Assembly (NCBI GenBank): GCA_944354125.1
Contig: CALVPT010000010.1
Location: 11,543 to 75,542, forward strand
Reading direction: 5' to 3'
Source: an uncultured Clostridia bacterium
GTDB taxonomy: Bacteria > Bacillota > Clostridia > Christensenellales > Borkfalkiaceae
Length of the DNA stretch: 64,000 nucleotides
In this document: one piece after another, positions 45,149 through 53,611 of the stretch
How positions within the stretch are numbered: position 1 is the stretch's first letter
Layout: each line of letters starts with the position of its first letter
The notes under the pieces: model-generated
Database searches by the model: none
What the model was told of the DNA's origin: nothing
The model's input: the letters and a program-made list of their open reading frames with translations, nothing else
Translations under genes and position numbers: made by a program

Positions 45149-46216
45149 ATGAAAGTAGGAATACTGACGAGCGGCGGAGATTGCCCCGGGCTTAACTCCG
45201 TCATACGCGCTATTGGCAAGCATCTCATAAACAATTCTCCCGAAACGGAGATATACGGCATAACCGACGGCTATGCGGGACTTATTGACGGCGAATTCCG
45301 CAGAATGAGCGCCGAAGATTTTTCGGGCATACTCAACGTCGGCGGCACAATACTCGGCACATCAAGGCGTCCGTTCAAGCAGATGACGTTGCCTGAAAAC
45401 GGCACCACGCGCCTCGAAAAGATGGTCGAAAACTATAAGAAATTCGGCTTCGACTGCATATTTACGCTGGGCGGCGCAGGCACGCACAAGACGGCGGCAT
45501 TGCTGTTCGCCGAGGGGTGCAGGATAATAGGCCTGCCCAAGACGATAGACAACGACATCTTCGGCACGGATACGACTTTCGGGTTCCATTCGGCGCTGGA
45601 CATAGCCACCGAGTGCATAGACAGAATTCACACCACCGCCGCAAGTCACGGCAGGACTATGTTCGTCGAAATAATGGGCAACAAGGTCGGCTGGCTGACG
45701 CTGTATGCAGGCATTGCAGGCGGCGCTGACATCATACTCATTCCCGAAATTCCCTTCAATCTCGAAAAAGTGGCGGAGGCGCTTAAAAGGCGCATAGAGG
45801 GCGGCAAACCCTTCAACATAGTCGCCGTTGCGGAGGGTGCGGTGCTCGACAGCGAGGTAAATTTCAAGAAAAAGGAGCGCGCGTTTGCGCGCAGAACGCT
45901 CAACGAGGCGACCGTAACCAACCATCTCGCCCAATGGGTGAGCGACAACGTCGGCGTAGAGACGAGGGTGGTTGTTCCCGGGCACATTCAAAGGGGCGGC
46001 AATCCCTCGGCATATGACAGATTGCTCTCCACGCGGCTGGGCAGTTTTGCCGCTCAGCTCTGTCTGGACGGCAAGTTCGGCGTGACCGCGGCGATAGTCA
46101 ACGGGCAGATAACCTATAACGCCCTGACGGAAGTTGCCGGCAAGACCAAGTTCGTGCCTGCGGACAGCCAGGTAATAAGGGCCGCGAGGGATATAGGCAT
46201 ATCCTTCGGCGACTGA
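45149..46216 (+). CDS. pfkA: ATP-dependent 6-phosphofructokinase
   Basis: Motifs MKVGILTSGGDCPGLN, GLPKTIDNDI and VEIMG are present. The start is placed at ATG 45149. Confidence 0.9.
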   Translation: MKVGILTSGGDCPGLNSVIRAIGKHLINNSPETEIYGITDGYAGLIDGEFRRMSAEDFSGILNVGGTILGTSRRPFKQMTLPENGTTRLEKMVENYKKFGFDCIFTLGGAGTHKTAALLFAEGCRIIGLPKTIDNDIFGTDTTFGFHSALDIATECIDRIHTTAASHGRTMFVEIMGNKVGWLTLYAGIAGGADIILIPEIPFNLEKVAEALKRRIEGGKPFNIVAVAEGAVLDSEVNFKKKERAFARRTLNEATVTNHLAQWVSDNVGVETRVVVPGHIQRGGNPSAYDRLLSTRLGSFAAQLCLDGKFGVTAAIVNGQITYNALTEVAGKTKFVPADSQVIRAARDIGISFGD

Positions 46217-46276
46217 CAATTTCGGATGCTCAGCTCCGCAGATTTGGTGCGGAAATATTATTGAGAGGACAATATT

Positions 46277-47413
46277 ATGAAATATTCGGTAATAGACATA
46301 AGTTCCAGCAGTCTGTCGTTCATCGTGGCAGACGTAGACGGCGGCAGCGCGGAAGTTATCTTCAAGGACAGGATAACTTTAAGCCTCACGCAGTATATGG
46401 AGGGCAAGTCGCTCTCCGCAAGGGGTACGGAAAAGCTCATTTCGGCAATCAATGCGGCAAAGCAGAAGTGTACCGCGCTCGGCGTTGAAAAGGCATATCT
46501 TATTGCCACCGCCGCGCTAAGGCAGATAGATAACTTCGGGGAGGTGCACGACGCCGCGGCGCAGGCTACGGGCATGATGATAAAGCTCATTGACGGCAAG
46601 GCGGAGGGACGCTTCGACCTCATGGCCAACTCGGGCTATGCTACATATGACCGCGCGGTACTCATAGATATCGGCGGCGCAAGCATTGAAATATGTGACT
46701 TCGCAGACCCCTCCGAAGAGGGCACCAAGTTCCTTAAATTCGGCATATTCGACCTTAACCGCAAGTTTGTGGACGACATTCAGCCCACCGAGGATGAGGC
46801 GAAGAAGATTAAAAAATATGTCAAGAAGAAGCTCGCCGAGGCGGAGCTCCCCAAGGACGGCGCATATTCTACGGTAGTGCTCGTAGGCGCAACCAACAAT
46901 GCCGTCTACGACGTATATGCCGACTATGCCAAGACCGAGGGCGAGGAAAAGCGCATAGACATAAAGCAGTTCAAAAAGCTTTCGGCTCACCTTACGGGTG
47001 ACCCCGGCAGGTCGGCGCTCGTGCTCAAGAGCGCGCCCGAGAGGATATATATGCTTACGACGGCGGCAGTCGTCTTAAATGCTATCTTCAAGAGGTTCAG
47101 ACCCGAAAACGTCGTCGTCAGCGACAGGGGCGTCAAGGAGGGATATCTGCGCTTCATTTTAGAGAACGGAGAGGGCGAAGAGTACAATTTCGAGGGCGAG
47201 CCTCACGAAAAAAGTCAGCCTGCGCCCGTAAAGAGGGGCAGGAAGCCGACGGGCAAAAAACCGAAGTCTGAGACCAGACCCGACGGCGCGCCCAAGAGAA
47301 AGTATGTAAGAAAAAAGAAGCAGGACGAAAGCGTTGCAGGTAAGGAGCAGTCCGCTCCCGAAAATGCTGACGTGCAGACCGAAGGGGACGCCGTCGACGG
47401 GGCAAAGGAATAA
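46277..47413 (+). CDS. ppx: Ppx/GppA-family phosphatase (exopolyphosphatase) with a basic C-terminal tail
   Basis: N-terminal MKYSVIDISSSSL and DIGGASIE are ASKHA-fold motifs. The last roughly 80 aa are Lys/Arg/Pro-rich. Confidence 0.75.
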   Translation: MKYSVIDISSSSLSFIVADVDGGSAEVIFKDRITLSLTQYMEGKSLSARGTEKLISAINAAKQKCTALGVEKAYLIATAALRQIDNFGEVHDAAAQATGMMIKLIDGKAEGRFDLMANSGYATYDRAVLIDIGGASIEICDFADPSEEGTKFLKFGIFDLNRKFVDDIQPTEDEAKKIKKYVKKKLAEAELPKDGAYSTVVLVGATNNAVYDVYADYAKTEGEEKRIDIKQFKKLSAHLTGDPGRSALVLKSAPERIYMLTTAAVVLNAIFKRFRPENVVVSDRGVKEGYLRFILENGEGEEYNFEGEPHEKSQPAPVKRGRKPTGKKPKSETRPDGAPKRKYVRKKKQDESVAGKEQSAPENADVQTEGDAVDGAKE

Positions 47414-47427
47414 TCGGAGGGCGAACA

Positions 47428-49518
47428 TTGCCAATGATGAAGGGTCAACTCAAAAAGGCTAAAAAGGATATAGAAAGCAAGTTTGTAAACGGCAGGTACG
47501 TCAACAGGGAATATTCATGGCTGCAGTTCAATAAGCGCGTTTTGGACCAGGCGGACGATCTTACCAATCCGCTCCTCGAAAGGTGCAAATTTTTGTCGAT
47601 ATTCCACAGCAACCTCGACGAATTTTTCATGGTCAGAGTGGGCAGTCTGTACAACGAAAATCTGGTGCACCCCAAGGTGCGCGACAACAAGACGGGGCTG
47701 ACCGCCGCCGAGCAGATTGACGGCATACTCTCCGTAGTCAAGAAGTACTATAAGCTGTCCTACAGGACATATGTAAATTTAAGGCGCGAGCTGGCGTCGG
47801 CAGGGCTCAGGCTGGCTGACGGCGAAAAGTTCACCCCGCGCCAGAAGGATGAGTGCGGACAGTATTTCCTCTCGCACATTCTGCCCATGCTGTCGCCCAT
47901 GGTGCTCGACGCCAAGCATCCCATGATGCGCTTCGAAAACAAATCGATGTACATGATATACGACCTCGAAAAGGGCGGCAGGCGAATGATAGGCGTAATG
48001 GCAATACCCACGGCTACCGAACGCCTTCACCGTTTCGGCAGGGGCAAAAAGATAAACCTCGTCACGACCGAAGAACTGGTAAGGACGTTCGGACATCTGG
48101 CGTTCACGGGCTATACCGTAAACGACAAGATGATGATGAGGGTTACAAGAAACGCCGACTTCGACACGCAGGTCGACGATTCGGACGTCGAGCACGACTT
48201 CTCGGTCATTATGAAGGAGAAGATAGAGCTGCGCTCCAAGCTCGCCGTCGTAAGGCTGGAAGTAGACAAGAACAGCAAAAAGCTCAAGGAGTTCGTGCTC
48301 GAAGTGCTCGGGCTCAAGAATAAGTTCTGTTTCTTCGTAGAGGGCTGTTTCGACTATAAATACATGTTCTCGCTGGGCTCATACCTGCCTGCTGACAGCG
48401 CGGCAAAGCTCAGATATCCTCCGTTCAAGGGCAGGGTTGCGCACGCCGTGAACGCCGCCCCGTCAATGATAGAACTCGTAAAATCGCGCGACGTGTATCT
48501 GTCCTATCCCTACGACAGCATGTCGCCCGTTCTGCGCCTCCTTGACGAGTGCGCCGAGGACGACAGGGTAATCGCCATAAGGATAACCATATACAGACTG
48601 GCAAACGGGTCGAGGATAGTAGAATCGCTCAAGAGGGCGAGCGAAAACGGCAAGGCGGTCACTGTCGTCATAGAGCTGTGCGCCCGATTCGACGAGGAGA
48701 ACAACCTCAACGCCGCAAGCATATTGCAGGAGGCAGGCTGTACGATAATCTACGGAATGCAGAACTATAAAGTGCACTCCAAGATAATCTCCGTCGTGCT
48801 CTCCGAAAACGACGAGCTCAGCTATATCACCCATCTCGGCACGGGCAACTATAACGAGTCGACCAGCAAACAGTATACCGACCTCAACATAATCACGGCG
48901 GACAGACAGACGGGCGAGGATGCCTCGCTCTTCTTCCGCAACATAGCCATATGCAATCTCGACGGCGACTATAAGAGACTGCTCGTCGCGCCCTCCACTT
49001 TGAAAAAGGGCATAATAGAGCAGATTGATTGCCAGATTGCCGCGGCAAAGGAGGGCAGGGAGGCCTGCATAGCCGCAAAGATGAACAGCCTTACGGATAA
49101 GGCCATCATAGATAAGTTCATAGAGGCTAGCCAGGCCGGCGTTAAAATCGACCTCATAGTCAGGGGCATATGCTGCCTCGTTCCCGGGGTTGAAGGACAG
49201 ACGGAGAACATCACCGTAAGGAGCATAGTCGGGCGTTTCCTCGAGCACTCCCGCATATATTCCTTCGGCAGCGGCGAGCAAAACGTAATGTACATCTCCA
49301 GCGCCGACCTTATGACCAGAAACACCGACAAGAGGGTGGAAATCGCCGCGCCCGTCCTCGACAAGGGCATCAAAAAGCGCATATCCGACTATCTCGGCAT
49401 AATGTTTGCCGACAACGTCAAGGCAAGGGTGATGACCGCCGAAGCAACTTACAGAAAGGTGGAGGCGATAGGCGACCCCGTGGATGCGCAGAATTACCTG
49501 TTAAGTCACGAAGTTTAA
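47428..49518 (+). CDS. ppk: polyphosphate kinase 1
   Basis: N-terminal region is YVNREYSWLQFNKRVLDQA...NLDEFFMVRV. It has two PLD-like C-terminal domains containing HSKI and HSRIY. Confidence 0.9.
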   Translation: MPMMKGQLKKAKKDIESKFVNGRYVNREYSWLQFNKRVLDQADDLTNPLLERCKFLSIFHSNLDEFFMVRVGSLYNENLVHPKVRDNKTGLTAAEQIDGILSVVKKYYKLSYRTYVNLRRELASAGLRLADGEKFTPRQKDECGQYFLSHILPMLSPMVLDAKHPMMRFENKSMYMIYDLEKGGRRMIGVMAIPTATERLHRFGRGKKINLVTTEELVRTFGHLAFTGYTVNDKMMMRVTRNADFDTQVDDSDVEHDFSVIMKEKIELRSKLAVVRLEVDKNSKKLKEFVLEVLGLKNKFCFFVEGCFDYKYMFSLGSYLPADSAAKLRYPPFKGRVAHAVNAAPSMIELVKSRDVYLSYPYDSMSPVLRLLDECAEDDRVIAIRITIYRLANGSRIVESLKRASENGKAVTVVIELCARFDEENNLNAASILQEAGCTIIYGMQNYKVHSKIISVVLSENDELSYITHLGTGNYNESTSKQYTDLNIITADRQTGEDASLFFRNIAICNLDGDYKRLLVAPSTLKKGIIEQIDCQIAAAKEGREACIAAKMNSLTDKAIIDKFIEASQAGVKIDLIVRGICCLVPGVEGQTENITVRSIVGRFLEHSRIYSFGSGEQNVMYISSADLMTRNTDKRVEIAAPVLDKGIKKRISDYLGIMFADNVKARVMTAEATYRKVEAIGDPVDAQNYLLSHEV

Positions 49519-49592
49519 AGGGCGTATGCGCGTTTTCTGCGCGTCAGGCCTGCATATATAACAATTGAACGGCATATGCCGATAAATGCTTT

Positions 49593-49631
49593 GCGGCGCC
49601 CGACTCTCTTTTGTCGGGCGCCGCTTTGCTT
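49593..49631 (+). terminator. rho-independent terminator after ppk
   Basis: GCGGCGCCCGAC (49593-49604) pairs with GTCGGGCGCCGC (49613-49624), followed by TTTGCTT. Confidence 0.7.
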
Positions 49632-49720
49632 AAATCCGCCGCTGAACGTCATTTCCGTCCGCTATCTTTCCGTCGCGGTTTTCAGGGCGGAAAATTTTAT
49701 TGTTATTATGATTTGTTTTA

Positions 49721-49749
49721 TTGACTTACGGCTTTACGGGGAGTATAAT
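49721..49749 (+). promoter_or_regulatory. sigma-70-type promoter TTGACT - 17 nt - TATAAT upstream of a dead MATE gene
   Basis: Hexamers at 49721-49726 and 49744-49749. Confidence 0.5.
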
Positions 49750-49875
49750 TCCGAGGCGTTGAAAGCAGCTTGACTGCGTTGAGTCGTTTTCTGCACATTT
49801 AAGGAAGTCGCCCGAAATATACCGCGCGTCAAAGTTACGCGCGTTCGGCAATGCGGACGGCGGCAGAGAGTTTCC

Positions 49876-50125
49876 ATGGATGCAAGACAGTTTTTCGGAA
49901 AGGAAAAAATAGGCAAAGTTCTCTTAAAGCTGGCTCCGCCCGTAATGCTCGCCCAGCTCATTCAGGCGCTCTATAACATAGTCGACAGTCTTTTCGCGGT
50001 TCGGGCTTACCTGGTTCTGGCTTACATACCCAGTCACCGAAACGGTGGTCACGATAGTCGGGTTCATATTCTACAAAAGGTTCATGGCTTCGGCGCGCGA
50101 AGGGAAACTCAAGGCGGCGGAGTAA
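49876..50125 (+). pseudogene. MATE efflux transporter remnant with a large internal deletion
   Basis: The first 40 codons MDARQFFGKEKIGKVLLKLAPPVMLAQLIQALYNIVDSLF form a MATE N-terminus. From about 49996 another frame reads GLTWFWLTYPVTETVVTIVGFIFYKRF...AAE*, a MATE C-terminus. About 380 codons in between are missing. Confidence 0.7.
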
Positions 50126-50248
50126 AAATTTAATGCGCTTGAATCGGACGGGATGTTCTTCCGCCCGTTTTTTCGTTCGCTATGGCTTATAAGTACACGC
50201 CGCGTTGCAACTGCGGGCTATGGCGGCGGCAAATTTATCTTACATATA

Positions 50249-50277
50249 TTGATTTTTGTAATAAATTGTGTTATGCT
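50249..50277 (+). promoter_or_regulatory. candidate extended -10 promoter of LytTR/kinase operon 2: TTGATT - 17 nt - (TGT)TATGCT
   Basis: TTGATT at 50249-50254 and TATGCT at 50272-50277, with TG at 50269-50270. Confidence 0.45.
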
Positions 50278-50379
50278 GTTCACAGATATGCTGGAATATT
50301 GCCGCCGCGGACGGACAGGAGAGGGCGTCTTTTGCCGCGGACGGGCAGCGTTTACGGGTAAGGAAAGGAGAGAGTGGCA

Positions 50380-51084
50380 ATGATAAACATAGCTATAATA
50401 GAGGATAACGCCGCCGATGCGAATCTGCTCAGGTCTTATATAGACAGATATTTCGCCGAGACGGATAAATCCTATAAGGTGGAGGTGTTCTCGGACGGGT
50501 TCAACTTCCTCAGCAACTATTCGGGCAAGTGCAACATTGCCTTTTTCGATATCGAGATGCCTCATATAGACGGAATGCAGGTGGCGCGCAGGCTTAGGGC
50601 CGTCGACTCCGAAGTATCCATAATATTCGTCACCAATATGGCAAAGTACGCCATAAACGGCTATGAGGTGAGCGCGCTCGACTTTATCATAAAGCCCGTC
50701 GAATATTTCCTTTTTCACGCAAAGATGGATAAGGCGGTGCGCATTCAGAGAAAGTATGCCAAGAGTTCCTACGTTATAGAGTGCCCCGACAAGATAGTAA
50801 AGCTCAAGGTGCAGAACATATTCTATGTCGAGAGCGACGGACACTTCGTTCTGTATCACACCGAGGACGGGGTGTACAGGGAGCGCAACACCATAAAGGA
50901 GGTGGAGGCAAAGCTCGCCCCTTTCGACTTTGTAAGGTGCAACAATTCATACCTCATAAATCTCGACCAGATAACTCTGGTAAAAAAGGACGTCGTGGAG
51001 GTCGGCGGCGACGTGGTGCCCATAAGCCGTTCGTTCAAAAAGAGCTTCATGAACGCGGTTACGGCATTCAATTGCGGAAGATGA
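50380..51084 (+). CDS. LytTR-family response regulator, copy 2
   Basis: Paralogous to 25093-25797 (IAIIEDN, IAFFDIEMPHIDGM, LytTR C-terminus NNSYLINLDQI). Start placed at ATG 50380 with an AAGGAGAG ribosome binding site. Confidence 0.9.
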   Translation: MINIAIIEDNAADANLLRSYIDRYFAETDKSYKVEVFSDGFNFLSNYSGKCNIAFFDIEMPHIDGMQVARRLRAVDSEVSIIFVTNMAKYAINGYEVSALDFIIKPVEYFLFHAKMDKAVRIQRKYAKSSYVIECPDKIVKLKVQNIFYVESDGHFVLYHTEDGVYRERNTIKEVEAKLAPFDFVRCNNSYLINLDQITLVKKDVVEVGGDVVPISRSFKKSFMNAVTAFNCGR

Positions 51085-51085
51085 C

Positions 51086-52378
51086 ATGAACGACTTTTTC
51101 ATAATACAGCTGTTAATCCCCTTCTTTTTAATATTCTGGCGGTTCAAAAAGCGCAGATATTTCTACGTGATGGCGCCGCTGGGCATAGTCGGCATAATAG
51201 CCGCACTGTACGGGCTGAACTTTGCCTTTGCGCTCATTGCCTCGCCGTACGGCTGGCTTTGCCACTATCTCGCAAGCTATGTGGCGGTATTCGTTCTTGC
51301 CAATCTGCTCTTCGAAATGGACGGCATAGACAAGCTGTTTTTCTGCGTGGTCGTGTTCGCCATTCAGAACTTTGCCCATCACTGTTGCCAGCTCGTCACG
51401 CGCTCGGTTTTCCTCATTACGGGCACGGACATGGAGTCGTATTTCTGGGGCGCGTTCGGCGCATATGCCGTCGCCTATGTCGTCGTATATGCGGCGTTCT
51501 GGGCGCTCATTTTAAGGAATAAGGTATTCGAACTGTCGGTGCCGCATTCAAAACTTGCAACCATATTCCTCGCCGCGGCGTTCGTAATGGTCATGATAGT
51601 GCTCGGCGTATACGTAAAGCACGGCCGTTCTGCCGTGCTTGCCGACCCCGGCATAAGGCTTGTATACGAGGTGTATTCGGTAATACTCGACGTGTTCATA
51701 CTCAGCATGCTCATTAGCGTATTCCATAACGACAAGATGCGCTTCGACGTGGACGAGCTTGAGCGGCGTCTCGCCCAGGAGAGCAGGTATTACGAGATGG
51801 CGCAGAGCAACATAGAGCTTATCAACATAAAGTGTCACGACCTCAAGCATCAGATTTCGATGTTTCAGAAACTCAACGACAAGGCGGCGTGCAGCGGCGA
51901 GATTGAGGAACTAAAAAACGCCGTAATGATTTACGACAACATAGCCAAGACCAATAACGAGGCGCTGGACTGCGTCCTTACAGAAAAGATGCTCTTCTGC
52001 AGCGAAAACAAGATTCAGTTCACGTATATCGCCGACGGTTCGCTGCTCAAAAACATGACCTATACCGACATATGCGCGCTGTTCGGAAACGCGCTGGACA
52101 ACGCCATAGAGAGCGTCATGAAGTCCGCCGACCCCCAAAGACGCGTAATGGGCATGAAGGTATTCGGCAGGGCGGGACTCATCAACATACATTTCGAAAA
52201 TTATTGTCCCCAGCCGCCCAAGCTCAACCAGGGCATGCCCGTCACCTCTAAGTCGGACGGAAAAAATCACGGCTTCGGCATGATAAGCATCCGCTACATC
52301 GTGCAGAAATACCGCGGCACAATGAATTTCGAGGTGGTGGACGATATGTTCTACCTGAACATATCTCTTCCGATGTGA
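51086..52378 (+). CDS. membrane sensor histidine kinase, AgrC/HPK10-like, copy 2
   Basis: About 6 TM helices. H-box NIKCHDLKHQISMF, N-box LFGNALDNAIES and G-box NHGFGMISI are present. Confidence 0.85.
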   Translation: MNDFFIIQLLIPFFLIFWRFKKRRYFYVMAPLGIVGIIAALYGLNFAFALIASPYGWLCHYLASYVAVFVLANLLFEMDGIDKLFFCVVVFAIQNFAHHCCQLVTRSVFLITGTDMESYFWGAFGAYAVAYVVVYAAFWALILRNKVFELSVPHSKLATIFLAAAFVMVMIVLGVYVKHGRSAVLADPGIRLVYEVYSVILDVFILSMLISVFHNDKMRFDVDELERRLAQESRYYEMAQSNIELINIKCHDLKHQISMFQKLNDKAACSGEIEELKNAVMIYDNIAKTNNEALDCVLTEKMLFCSENKIQFTYIADGSLLKNMTYTDICALFGNALDNAIESVMKSADPQRRVMGMKVFGRAGLINIHFENYCPQPPKLNQGMPVTSKSDGKNHGFGMISIRYIVQKYRGTMNFEVVDDMFYLNISLPM

Positions 52379-52408
52379 CAAAGAATAATAAATCGTACGG
52401 ATATGCCG

Positions 52409-52457
52409 AGAGGTCGCCGTTTTCCCGATGCAAGGGAACCACGGCGGCCTCTTTTTG
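52409..52457 (+). terminator. rho-independent terminator after kinase 2
   Basis: AGAGGTCGCCG pairs with CGGCGGCCTCT (one G-U pair), with an inner TTCCC/GGGAA helix, followed by TTTTT. Confidence 0.65.
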
Positions 52458-52552
52458 TCTTACGGGTTTGCCGCAAATGCTTGAGGTTTCAGGGCAAACG
52501 GGCTTTTGGGGTGCAGAATTGTAAGGCATTAAGGCATTTTAAACAAGTGCAA

Positions 52553-52586
52553 GTTATGCCAAAAACAATACAGGTTACGCCAAAAC
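52553..52586 (+). promoter_or_regulatory. pair of direct repeats GTTAYGCCAAAAC spaced 21 bp apart: candidate LytTR-regulator binding site
   Basis: GTTATGCCAAAAAC at 52553-52566 and GTTACGCCAAAAC at 52574-52586. A TATAAA -10-like hexamer lies at about 52599. The site is 130-165 nt upstream of the SGNH gene start. Confidence 0.45.
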
Positions 52587-52716
52587 GTGTAAGTCAGGCT
52601 ATAAAAAAAACTATTTTTGATATTTCTGTTGATTTTTTGTGCAGAACTTATAAAATAAATGCGAAATTTGTGAAGAGGGGTCACATGCGGTGACCGTAAT
52701 AAAAGGACGGGAAAAT

Positions 52717-53553
52717 ATGACTAAGAAGAAAAAGCTCATTATATCCATATCAGCCGTAGTCGTTGCGGTCATAATAGCGGCGGTTCTTCTGTTCATATTC
52801 ATAAAACCGTCCAACGGCAAAAAATATGACGTCTCGGGCTGCACGGTGAACACGTCGAGTCCGCTCTACGGCAAGACGTTTTACTGGCTGGGCTCTTCGG
52901 TAACGCTGGGCATGAGGAGCCAAAATCAGGCCGTTCCCGACTTTCTGGCGGCGAGAAACGGCTGCGTATGCAAGAAGGAGGCCGTCTCCGGCACGACGCT
53001 GTTCGACGTCGAAAAGAAGGGACAGCCCTCGTATGTGTCCCGCCTCAAGTCGACTACGGAGTTTGATAAAGACGCGGATATAGACGCATTTATCTGCCAG
53101 ATATCGACAAACGACGCAAAGTCGGAATTTTCCTCCCTGTGGGGGGAGGTGTCTCAGACATACTACACCGACCCCTCGCAGATTGACACAGGCACCACGG
53201 CAGGCGCGATGGAATTCGTCGTGACGTACGTGGAAAAGACGTGGGATTGCCCCATATATTTCTATTCGGGTTCTTACTTTACGGACAGCGGCGTGCGCGG
53301 CTCCAAGGACCCTTCCAGGGAAAACTATGAAAAGATTATAGACCTTGCGGAGGACGTCGCAAAAAAGTGGAATGAGGTAGAAGGCTACCAGATCGAAATA
53401 ATAGACCTCTTCCACGACGAGGAATTCAATGCAATCTCCGACGAGGATTATAAGGTCTATATGCACGACCCCGTTCACCCCTATAAGGCGGGATATCTCC
53501 TGTGGTGGACGCCGGCTTTCGAAGAGGTGTTTTTCGAGGACTTCGGTAAGTAA
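52717..53553 (+). CDS. membrane-anchored SGNH/GDSL-type hydrolase (likely carbohydrate esterase)
   Basis: N-terminal TM helix is LIISISAVVVAVIIAAVLLFIFI. Block I is YWLGSSVT and block V is DPVHP (D-x-x-H). Confidence 0.7.
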   Translation: MTKKKKLIISISAVVVAVIIAAVLLFIFIKPSNGKKYDVSGCTVNTSSPLYGKTFYWLGSSVTLGMRSQNQAVPDFLAARNGCVCKKEAVSGTTLFDVEKKGQPSYVSRLKSTTEFDKDADIDAFICQISTNDAKSEFSSLWGEVSQTYYTDPSQIDTGTTAGAMEFVVTYVEKTWDCPIYFYSGSYFTDSGVRGSKDPSRENYEKIIDLAEDVAKKWNEVEGYQIEIIDLFHDEEFNAISDEDYKVYMHDPVHPYKAGYLLWWTPAFEEVFFEDFGK

Positions 53554-53611
53554 CTATGTCTTAAGGGCGTAGTCATTTATACAACTTGAGAATTATTTAA
53601 GGAGGGTTTTA

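Noticed and set aside
45362-46219. 285-aa minus-strand ORF inside pfkA. Similar long antisense ORFs occur at 48463-49281 (ppk), 52750-53478 (SGNH), 28869-29630 and 29832-30377 (GH3), 50218-50859 (LytTR regulator), 55493-56137 and 61573-62166
   Set aside because: Each one overlaps a gene on the other strand that has strong family motifs. All have Arg/Val/His-rich compositions typical of antisense frames.
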